Source: Utricularia gibba | Lineage: Eukaryota > Plantae > Magnoliophyta | DNA length: 26,038 bases | Assembly (NCBI GenBank): GCA_002189035.1 | Contig: NEEC01000286.1 | Coordinates: forward strand, 1-26,038 | Reading direction: 5' to 3' | Shown here: positions 11,233 to 21,631 of the stretch, in pieces | How positions within the stretch are numbered: the stretch's first letter is position 1 | Layout: each line of letters opens with the position of its first letter | The notes under the pieces: model-generated | Seen by the model: the letters and a program-made list of their open reading frames with translations, nothing else | What the model was told of the DNA's origin: nothing | Database searches by the model: none | Translations under genes and position numbers: made by a program

Positions 11233-13395
11233 ATGCAGAAGAGAGTCGCGATCATCGGCGCCGGAATGGCCGGCCTCCTGGCCTGCAAGCACGCCGCCGC
11301 CGCTGGCTTCAATCCTGTGGTCTTCGAAGCCGCGGGGCAAGTCGGCGGGGTATGGAATCACACGATGAAGACGACTCGGCTCCAGAACCTGAAACGCTAC
11401 TTCAGGTTCTCCGATTTCGATTGGCCGTCTCCCGACGCCGACGAGATGTTCCCTCCGGCGGATCAAGTCCTCGAGTACGTCAATTCCTACGCCAAGCATT
11501 TCGATTTGGCGCGCTACATCAAGTTCAACAGCAAAGTGAGGAGCGTGGATTACGTGGGGGAAAGCGAAGAGGAAATGGTGGCATGGGAATTGTGGGGAGG
11601 AAGCGGGAGGGCATTTGGATCTAAAGGCAAGTGGAAGCTCCAGGTTCTTGACACCTTATCTAAATCCACAGAGGTATTTTTTTATTTTAATCACGTAAAT
11701 TCCCAAGTCAATTAATTAAATATATCGTAACATTATATTATATTCTTTAACTAAGAAATTTAACCATAGTTTAGTCATCACCTAAAATAGTAATAATGAA
11801 GAGGAACTAGAATGGTGGGGCTGTGGTGTCTTTAATAAAATCATTTTAAAAATATTAGATTTTTTAAAAAAACTTATTTATGGATTTAAGATAAAAAATG
11901 TATTTATTGACTACATTTTTTTTATTAAAGTATTGTGTTTGATTAATAGTTATTAAAAATTGAATTTATGATTATTAAAATCAAAATTACATTGGTGTCT
12001 TTAATAAAATCTTTTTTACTTTCTTATTAATTGTATGAAAAGGGTGAATTTAAAATAATGAGGTTTTTATGCACCAAACCTATGTAAGAGTTTTGATTGA
12101 AATCTTGAAACCCAACTAAATTCTAATTTAATCCTACTTTTGATATCGTTTGAAACCCTAATTGGAGTCCATCAATGAGTTAAATGATTAGTGTGGACTA
12201 TTTTTTTATTAACTTTTAAAATATTATTAATTTAATTCATGTTTTTTCGCCGATTGCTCTTTACGATTTGAAATCGTTTATCTGAGTAACAATTTACAGC
12301 GATTCTGCCGTAGGAATATGAAGCGGACTTCCTAGTCCTCTGTATCGGAAGGTTTAGCGGCCTTCCGAATATACCAGACTTCCCCGATGGCCGTGGACCG
12401 GAGATATTCTCCGGGAAAGTCCTGCATTCCATGGACTACTCCGCGATGGACAATGCTGCCGCATTGGAGCTCATCAAAGGGAAGCGAGTCGTGGTCATCG
12501 GCAGTAATAAATCAGCCGTCGATGTGGCTTACGAGTGTGCACTTGCAAACGGTGAGGATTGGTGAATCTCTGTGTGTTTTTTCGGTGAATTGCATTTTTC
12601 TGAAAGTGATTGAGGTTGGGATATTGTGAATTGAGCTTTGGTCGGCTTTTGGTTTCCAGGAAACGAACTTCCGTGCACGATGTTGCAACGAACTATTCCG
12701 TGGATGATGCCGGACATGTTTCCACGGGGAGTTGATATAGGTGCTCTTCTTTTCAATCGCATTACTGAGATGCTGATTCATAAGCCTCGTGAAGGGCTGC
12801 TTTACGGTCTCTTGGCTACACTGTTGAGTCCCATGGTATGGTACAAATTTGATCAACATGAAGAATGACAAAGGTCTAAATTATTTTCTGTTCTCTTTTT
12901 TGTAGAGGTGGGCGCTTTCCAAGTTCGTGGAGAGCTATTTGAAGCGGAAGCTTCCACTGAAGAAATACGACATGGTTCCAAAGGAACCATTTGTGCAGTA
13001 TGTTTCCACTTGTAAGGTCATGATCATACCATCGGACTTCTACGACAAAGTGGAAGCGGGAAGTATTGTGTTCAAGAAGCCTAAAAAGATTTCTTTTTGC
13101 AAAGAGGGCTTGATTCTAGATGAACAAAAGGACCAACCATTGGTAGCAGATGTAGTCATCTTCGCAACGGGATACAAAGGAGACGAGAAGCTCAGGAACA
13201 TGTTTTCGCGCTCGAGCATCCGAGACATCGTCATCGGCCGGTCTCCAACTTCCCTGATGCCCCTCTACAGGTACTTTTACTTAGCTTGAGCTTGTATTTG
13301 AGTCTCATTGTAAGATGTGTGTTACAACTTTGCAAGTCTATGATGTTTGTTACAGGCAAATGATTCATCCACGCATCCCACAAATGCTTCTATAG
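11233..13395 (+). pseudogene. FMO1: FMO1-like copy B, 3'-truncated by the rearrangement (open frame of 419 aa)
   Basis: Exons 11233-11673, 12314-12551, 12660-12835, 12906-13270, 13356-13395, in frame throughout (1260 nt). Exon 5 reads QMIHPRIPQM, crosses the junction at 13386, adds LL and stops at TAG 13393-13395. Confidence 0.88.
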
Positions 13396-14728
13396 TACTA
13401 TTTCTGGTTGAAAGTCGAATTAAGAAGTCAGAGATTGATGGATAAATTGTTGGTAATAACCCATGAAACCATAAAACTTAGAAAGAGCTTTTAGATTTGT
13501 AGGCAATAACATAGTGACGTATTGGATAAATTGTTTTCCAAAGAAACATTTTGATAGCTTAGCAAAGAGTTTGCTAGTACATTTATTCATGGTTTTGTTG
13601 TAAACAAGAATATCATAAAAAATATCAATAAAAACTTGTGAATATACAATAGGAAATAATATTCATGAGAGAAAAAAATATGAAGGGAGCATTCGTCAGG
13701 CCAAAGAGATGTGAGGAAAGGATCAAAAGAGAAAAAGATTGGACAAACACTACTCTTAAAATTTTTTGTTTGAAAAAAAAAAGCTGATGCGATCATAAAT
13801 AATATAAATAAAGATAATGAAACTGAAGAAAATAATAATACTAATCATCTCATAATTTCACTTGAGACAATTACTAGATCAATAACATGAAAAAATAAAA
13901 AACTTATTATGAAATTGTAAACCAATCAGAAAAACTATGAAACATATGACATTGAGTTCAACCTATTTAAATTAGATCAAGTTGAGTAAAATTGGGTTAT
14001 AACATTTTAGTTCACTAACGTTGCTTTTATTTTGTGTAGGCCCATTTCCCTATTTATTTAAAAATGGCTTCATTCTTGTTTGGAAACAATTTTGATTATA
14101 ATAAATTTTGAAAATTATGCTTTTTCTTTAAGTTCTTATAGAACTTGAGACTTATGAAATTTTATTTATGATGTTTAGTGTAGTTTATTTTTTTTGTTTC
14201 CTTTCATGTTTTGTGAGTATAGTAGCATTTTCATAAATTGAGTTGCAATGATATTCATTTCTTGAGAATTAACTTCTTCTTTCATGAATTATTGTTTTAT
14301 TTGAAACTTAGAGTATGTTTGGTAAAGCTTCTGCTTCAGTAGAAGCACTTCTAGAAGCAATTCTTAGATAAAACACGTGTTGTTCTGTTTTATATGAAGT
14401 TGAAATAATGAAGTGCTTCGATTTTTTTAGAAGCTAGGGTATCTCTGCTTCAAAAAAAATGAAACGTTTCTAGAACCACTTATTTGAAGTTGTTTGAAGT
14501 TGTTTTCTGAAACAGTACCAAACAGACCCTTAAGATCTGATTTTCCAAAAAATTGTGGTTTGAACTATCACATCAAAAACCAATGATGACAAAAAAACAT
14601 GCAGCAACACAATCTTTTATTGAGCACACTAAGTGAGTGCATAATGAATGCAACAACAATGCTTGAATAGACAAAAAGTTGAACTAATTGTCCGAAAAAA
14701 AGTGCAACAGATCTCTGGTAAGAAATCC
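13385..14728. repeat. Direct repeat D, copy 2 (1344 bp)
   Basis: Matches 8066-9408; diverges from copy 1 after AGAAATCC (14728). Confidence 0.97.
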
Positions 14729-15600
14729 ACTAATTATTCAACTACAATAACAGCATTCCTTGATCAACATAAGTGAATGTTTCTTGGGTCCGTTGGCTTA
14801 TTTGATTGAATGAAGATCACATGTGTTGACAATGGCATGAAAAAGTACTCATAATGTTCAAGAAAGATGGAAAAACTTGTTTTAAGCACATCATCAAGTG
14901 GATGCGAATTTGAAAAACTGGAACATAAATCAAGTTTAAAAATGTAAATTACCCCATGTAATTCATCAAGGAGATTATCAGCCAAAGGGATTGGCAAACA
15001 ATCATTTGGTGAGAAGTTATATGAGTGGTACAGTGCTTGACTTCAAATATATAACTCGGGTCAATTTATGGTGCGAGTAAAGTCCATGCCTCCAATTCAT
15101 TGCATTTGACTCTTCAAGTGGTGACTGCTAACGATGGTTACTTTGAAGTCATTTCACAAGTCACAAAATAAATTACTGAAAAGCTTGATGTAGAAGAAGG
15201 ATGAAAGCTAGTGATTTGGGAGTGGAGGTGCTCATAACAATCAATATAATCTACAAATGTTTCTGTTTGTAAGAGTTTCATGAACTCAATGAGAACTTGT
15301 ATGGTATGCAAATCATCAAACTCTTAGGAAATCTGAAGAAAATTCCACCCAATTACATGATGAGTGAAGAGATTTGTAGCCCATCTAGCTAAGCATTTGC
15401 TGCCTCATAAAATGCAATACTAGAATCAGCCAACCAAGACCTCTCTTGAAGTGAGAGTAACAGATTGATTAGAGTTAGCAAATCGCTAATGGTTGAAATG
15501 AGCAAATGCAGCAAGGGACTAGGGTTAAAGCATTCTTAGGCTTTCTCTTGAGCAAATCGTTATTGGGTAATAGCATCCTTTTCATCCAAAAGTGCAGTCT
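13430..15600 (-). mobile_element. Decayed Ty3/gypsy retrotransposon (gag and split RT)
   Basis: gag-like EFMKLLQTETFVDYIDCYEHL (~15230-15290); RT N-half PIPLADNLLDELHGVIYIFKLDL...HYEYFFMP (14997-14833); RT C-half resuming at FGLTNAP (13705). Order on the minus strand is collinear. Outer limits are approximate and no LTRs were recognised. Confidence 0.78.
14311..14529. mobile_element. Tourist-like MITE, copy within repeat D2
   Basis: Same TIRs and TTA TSD as 8991-9209; duplicated passively with segment D. Confidence 0.85.
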
Positions 15601-15707
15601 TTAGGATTGGGGACTTCACAACATCACATGCAACGTTTTTATAAAGCGCAATTCACAGAGAGTTGCTACTAAGTGCAACAAAGTCAATGTTTTTCATACA
15701 TTAGAAC

Positions 15708-18589
15708 TTATAAGGACCTGGAGGAGCCCAATCCAGCATAATCAGCAGCTGTGTAAGATTCAAACAACTCTCTGATTAACCCTTGTTTCCTTCTAGGATT
15801 GCAGCCCATATCTTTGCAGAGTTTGTCATTGTACCAAGTATGAAAACCCGCAATGCAAGCTCTCCTATACTCATTATTAATGGTATATTTCTTCATGCAC
15901 TTTCCCCATTCTTCAATGTCATGTTCCATTTCCTTTATGCTAGGCAATGCAAATGCCCCATCCAGAAATGACACGAGCCATTTGGAGTTCATTTCGAATG
16001 TGTAGATGTTGGAAAGAGACTCTGAATAGCCGATGACCGCCATTTGCGGGATGCACGGATGAATCATCTGTCTGCAACACACATCATAGACTTGCTAGTG
16101 TTTCAGTGAGAAGTCCCATATACTACAAGCTCATGTTTATGTACAAGTACCTGTAGAGGGGCATCAGGGAAGTTGGAGACCGGCCGATGACGATGTCTCG
16201 GATACTCGAGCGCGAAAACATGTTCCTGAGCTTCTCGTCTCCTTTGTATCCTGTTGCGAAGATGACAACATCTGCTACCAATGGATGCTCGTTTTGTTCA
16301 TCGAATATCAAGCCCTCTTTACAAAAAGACATCCTCTGAGGCTTCTTGAACACAATGCTTCCCTCTTCCACCTTGTCGTAGAAGTCTGCTGGTACGATCA
16401 TGACCTTACAAGTGGAACCATGGAGGACAAATGGTTCCTTTGGAACCATGTCGTACTTCTTCAATGGAAGCTTACACTTTAAATAGCTCTCCACAAACTT
16501 GGAAAACGCCCACCTCTACAAAAGGAGAGGAGAACATAAGTTGAACCTCTGTCATCCCTTATGCGGATCAAACTTTTAGCGTACCATGGGACTCAGCAGT
16601 GTAGCCATCACACTGTAAAGCAGCCCTTCACGAGGCTTATGAATCAAGATCTCAGTCATGCGATTGAAAAGAAAAGGACCTATAGGAACTCCCCAGGGAT
16701 ACATGTCCGGCAGCATCCACGGAATAGTTCTCTGCACCATCGTGCACGGAAATTCATTTCCTGGAAGCCCAAAACCCTACCAACGCTCATTCAGAGTATC
16801 CCAACCTCAATCACTTTCAGACATATGCAATTCACCGACAAACACACTCACAGAGTTACCAATCCTCACCGTTTGCAAGTGCACACTCGTAAGCCACGTC
16901 GACGGCTGATTTATTACAGCCGATGACGACGACTCGCTTCCATTTGATGAGCTCCAATGCGGCAGCATTGTCCATTGCGGAGTAGTCCATGGAATGCAGG
17001 ACTTGCCCGGAGAATATTTCAGGTCCGCAGCCATCGGCGAACTCTGGTGTATTCGGAAGGCCGCTGAATCGTCCGATGCAGAGGACCAGGAAGTCCGCTT
17101 CGAACTCCTGCCGCCAAATCCCAAATTTTTGTACAAAATCTTAAAATTAATAATTTTTTGTAATATTTTATAAGTTTTTTGGTAATTTTTTATGAATAAT
17201 CATTCAAATATATTTCGTTTCCATATTTACACGCTCGTTACATTACATCACCATATAACTATGTTTTGAAATCACTAAGTTAATCGATTGGGGGTACTTT
17301 GGTATATTCATATTACTTTAACCTAATTAAAATAACTCATTTCAATAGTAAATTAATTTCAAAAACCAAATCAATTAAATAACCTAACAATAGCATTATA
17401 ATTTACGATTCAGATTAAATGTTCAATTTTCGTTGTTCTTTCTTATTTAATTTAATTTCTCGTATCATGAGTCTATTTAAATATTTTTTTATCTTATTGA
17501 AGGTAAGTTATTTGGATAATATTTTTGTATTGAAATCGATTATTTGGTTAGAAATATTGTTGATTAATATTTATCTACAAATTATATAAATGTTACAAAA
17601 ATTAAAATAATACATTTTTTAACTTGTTGAAGTCAAGTTTGACTAACATGAAGTAACCGTTCGATTTTAAATCATAACTACACGTAGTGTTCGATTGATG
17701 AGATTGAATGAGTTTAAAAGTATAATTATGAATTATAAGATGTTAATTTCATAGATTAAAATATATCTAGTATTCCATGGATTTTTTTTTAATTTCATGT
17801 ACATAGGGTTTATTTAAAACCATATACCCTTTTTTTTTACTTAATACTACTTAATCCCAATTGTAATCTCAATAACTATACGTTCTTTAAAAAATTAATC
17901 CGCCTATATCAACTATATTTAAATTCAAATAAATTAAACTATTTCTTTTTTATCTCATAACTGTTGTACCGTGTGTTCATTCAATATTATTATTACTATT
18001 TTAGGTGATGACTAAACTATGGTTAAATTTCTTAGTTAAAGAATATAATATAGATTTAATTAATTGACTTTTAAATTTACGTATACTGATGGATTAAATA
18101 AAAAGGTTATCGGAAACGGTAAAAAGGAGGAGCGGTTAATAAAACGTACCTGGGTGGATTCAGATATGGTATCAAGAACCTGGAGCTTCCACTTGCCTTT
18201 AGATCCAAATGCCTTCCCGCATCCTCCCACAATTCCCATGCCTCCATTTCCTCTTCGCTTTCCCCCACGTAATCCACGCTCCTCACTTTGCTGTTGAACT
18301 TGATGTACCGCGCCAAATCGAAATGCTTGGCGTAGGAATTGAGATACTCGAGGACTTGATCCGCCGGAGGGAACATATCGTCGGTGTTGGGAGACGGCCA
18401 ATCGAAATCGGAGAACCTGAAGTAGCGTTTACGGTTCTGGAGCCGAGTTGTTTCCATCGTGTGATTCCATACCCCGCCGACTTGCCCCGCGGCTTCGAAT
18501 ACCACCGGATTGAAGCCAGCGGCGGCGGCGTGCTTGCAGGCCAGGAGGCCGGCCATTCCGGCGCCGACGATCGCGACTCTCTTCTCCAT
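15708..18589 (-). CDS. FMO1: FMO1-like flavin-containing monooxygenase, copy C (527 aa if one -1 frameshift is corrected)
   Basis: Exons 18589-18150, 17107-16870, 16760-16585, 16515-16151, 16071-15708 (GT-AG). Motifs [31 protein letters not shown] at 18226-18228, where A and B have four, breaks the WGG codons in exon 1. Confidence 0.9.
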
Positions 18590-18725
18590 TGTGACTGCTT
18601 ATGGCGTGAAGTTGCTTGATTGGGATTTGGGGAAAATGGAAACCTCCGTATAATCTATTTTTAGGAAACACGGGAATGAATCATGTCGGCCAAGAAGTCC
18701 ACACAGCACTGTGGTGACAGCCAAC

Positions 18726-18993
18726 CATATTTTTGAAGGTCGAAAATGATTAATTGGATTGAAATTATTTAAATAATATAAAAACCTAAAAAATAATAAA
18801 CAACTAATTCCATTTACGGAACAGAGCAAGGCTTCCGGCCCCAACGACTTAAATGTATGGGCTACTCATTGTGGCCTGCTTCTACGAGGCCCAGATTGAA
18901 GGAACGAATACATGTTGCCTGAGTTCGTCGCATTAGGGAAACAAGTCTGTGATTCCTTTGCGCTGATGGGGTGAAGCCAATTGAGACGATCTA
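18726..18993. promoter_or_regulatory. Short divergent promoter region between FMO-C and the MIP3 fragment
   Basis: The two ATGs are 404 bp apart, head-to-head. Site II-like motifs TGGGCT (18858) and GGCCCA (18888). Confidence 0.45.
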
Positions 18994-19680
18994 ATGGCGA
19001 CGGTTGATTTAATCAAATGCTGTTTAGAATCTATTCGACAGGTGAGTTGAGATTTTTTTTTTTTTTTTTGTTTTGGTTTGCTTTTTCCTGTGTGTGGTTA
19101 TTTGCTTTCTGTTTTCCCCTTTCTCTCTGGTAATGTTGTTCGTTTTTTTTTTCTGTTTCCTCGGGTTTGCAGATATCGGATCACATTGATGACGCAGTAA
19201 TTTATTTAGATGCGGGAAGTACGGAAGCTTTCCAAATAATTGGGGCTTACCCTTTGTTTCTGGAGCTTGGTGCTCGAGCTGTTGCTAGCTTAAAGAGCAT
19301 GTTGGCTCTTGATAAAGTGAAACATTTATGGTGCCATTTGATTCATTGATTTTGTTTTTATTTTGTAACTTTTATGTGAGCTTTAGTGACGCTTTGGCTG
19401 AAAATTTTTCATCTCTTGCATTGTTTCCTGTGATTTCTTATGGTTGGTGCCATTTGATTCATTGATTATTTTGTAACTTTTATGTGAGCTTTAGTGACGC
19501 TTTGGCTGAAAATTGTTAATCTCTTGCATTGTTTCCTGTGATTTCTTATGGCTGTTGCCCTCTAGGTGGTTGGTTGGGGAAGCAATCCTGGTCACGTGAC
19601 GAAAATCGTTGTGTTCACATCACGCTTTCCGAGTGATGCACATAGATATATTTTATGATGTCTGAATATGCTTCAAATTG
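18994..19680 (+). pseudogene. MIP3: 5' fragment of Sec1-family domain protein MIP3 (MAG2-interacting protein 3)-like gene
   Basis: Exon 1 18994-19041 MATVDLIKCCLESIRQ; exon 2 19173-19316 ISDHIDDAVIYLDAGSTEAFQIIGAYPLFLELGARAVASL; exon 3 from 19566 VVGWGSNPGHVTKIVVFTSRFPSDAHRYIL*CL, with TGA at 19656-19658 where CGA (Arg) is expected. Recognisable homology ends near 19680 and no further exons were seen. Identity is from recall of the MIP3 N-terminus. Confidence 0.8.
19329..19551. repeat. Tandem duplication (115 bp + 107 bp) in MIP3 intron 2
   Basis: TGGTGCCATTTGATTCATTGATT...GTGATTTCTTATGG at 19329-19443 and 19445-19551. Confidence 0.9.
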
Positions 19681-20346
19681 TTATAAATGGTTTCAGAGGT
19701 GTGCAATTGGTGTGAGAGTGGTAGGAATTACAATTTATACCAAACCCCATAGCTTTTCATTAATTTATCCATAGTTTTATTGAAAAAATGATTTCTACAT
19801 TCATTGATCAAGGGTTTTGGTGTTCCAAACCTCACAAAGATGTATTCTTAAAAAATTATATGACTGAATAAACGTATTGAGAATTGATGGGTATCGCCTC
19901 CATCTATTTTTAAACACATTACACTACTATCAAAATGTATTCATAATCATCATAGTTTGGAAAGGGGTCTATGAAGTTAGTGACCCACACATCGAACACT
20001 TCTTGAACAATAATTGACTTCATTGGCATTTCATTGCGGTTTGATGTTTCTTGTTTGATTGCAGTTTTCACAACTCTTACAATAAGACTTGACATACTTC
20101 AAAACTGTTGGTCAATAATAACCACAATCCAATACTTTCTTTGCTATATGGTTAGGACTATGATACTTTTAAGTGTTATTTTCTAATTATTATTGTATAT
20201 TAATTTAGTATTAAGTTGTTCAAATTAAGAATTAGATTAATAAGTGTTCTATTTTTTAAAAAAAAAATCTTATTTTTCTATTTTGTATATATTTTCGTTA
20301 TCTTTTTCATGCACTTTGACTGAAATGTGGTAGGAGACACGTGGAG

Positions 20347-21493
20347 TGTTGCAGGATGCTTGCAGCAGACAAGACATTGACATTTCGTGCCTTGCACACG
20401 ACTTGGAATAATTGTGAATGGAATACTGACACTAATCAAGTCCCCCGACTTATAGCATGTTAGAGTCTACAACAATGATTCGATGCTTATTTGCATGCAT
20501 GAGAAAGCTGGTGGTGCACGCAAGACAGAAAAAATGATGGAAAGGGGACCAAAAAGAGTTAATGCACGTGAGAAATGATATAAAATTAACTTGAAACACT
20601 ATTTTCGTACTTTTGAACATTGGACTTTTGACACTTACTTTTTGCTCATAGAATTTTTGATTCTTCCTCTCCTCCAAGAGAGTAAGAACATTTTAGCTTT
20701 CCATTTCATTTTCTGTTTTGATGGCTCTTTATAGCTAAACTCTTTTAGTTTATGTGAGTAGATGAAGTTCCCTTCAAAATTTTGAGCACAATTCTTGGTT
20801 CTTTATTTAAATTCTTCTGGATTTTGCATACTTTCACGCGTCTTGTTGCAGTCTTTCTGTAACGTCTCCTAGTCAAAGTTCATGAGTAGTAGGCCACTGC
20901 TCATGGATTTTGATGAAGAGTAAAGTGAAGAGCACCATCTCCAACCCTACCGGTTTGAGAGAAATAGTGAATTGTTTGTGATTGAGGTACCGCAACAATG
21001 GACAGATAGTGACCTCGAAATTGCCATTGATCATTGGCAACATCCGGGCACATGCGTAAAATTTGATTTTTGAAGGCAATTGACAGCAATCCTCTTGTTT
21101 TCTCAATCTTCCAAGGGGGAATCACATGAAGCTATTCTCATGCCTCCTTGTCAATTAGAGTGTAAGGGAGAGTAGACTATTCATTACTTCTATAACTCCT
21201 ATAACCAGCTATTCGGAAAGAATCAGTGAAAGCCAAGGTAAAGATGGACAGAAGAAAGAAACGGAATCCATTTCCTAGGAACGACAACCCTTAGTCAAGG
21301 TCTATTACTTGCATTGTAACTTTCATTTCCTTACTTCAAAAACCTCCTTTTTACAAACTCGTGATAATTTGTAAAAGTCTGCTATAAAACACTTTTCAAA
21401 AAACTTAAATCCCTGAGATTCACACTCATACTAGGGTCTTTTGTGTTTTACGTTTTTCATATATAAAATTTGTTAAGGAAATGACACGCAACA
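20347..21493 (+). mobile_element. Possible degenerate LTR (1147 bp)
   Basis: Ends TGTTGC...GCAACA are perfect 6-bp inverted termini, and the 3' part looks LTR-like. Flanks TGGAG/GATAC give no TSD and no PBS follows. Confidence 0.35.
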
Positions 21494-21631
21494 GATACCC
21501 TCCACAAGGAGACGTATGACAAAAAGCCAGTACTTGGTGAATGTCATCTTTAGCCAAGCATCATCGTGCAACACCATCATTACCATTTTTCCACAAATAA
21601 GGGTTATTCATGAATAATAGGCGAATGTCCT

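Larger units (their letters stand above)
9409..13386. repeat. Right arm (3978 bp) of the inverted duplication
   Basis: 9409 pairs with 7959 and 13386 pairs with 3985. Carries ~1.8 kb of FMO upstream sequence plus exons 1-4 and the start of exon 5. Confidence 0.97.

Noticed and set aside
11233-11673. GC-rich FMO exon 1 as a sign of horizontal transfer or a taxon marker
   Set aside because: A 5'-to-3' GC gradient is common in plant genes, the intron structure is plant FMO1-like, and it is insufficient to assign a taxon.
8991-14529. The two identical MITEs as cause of the rearrangement or as independent insertions
   Set aside because: Both lie inside repeat D with identical flanks, and neither breakpoint touches their termini.
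20450-21125. ORFs 20450-20677, 20873-21106 and 20901-21125
   Set aside because: No recognisable domain; they lie within putative LTR-like sequence.
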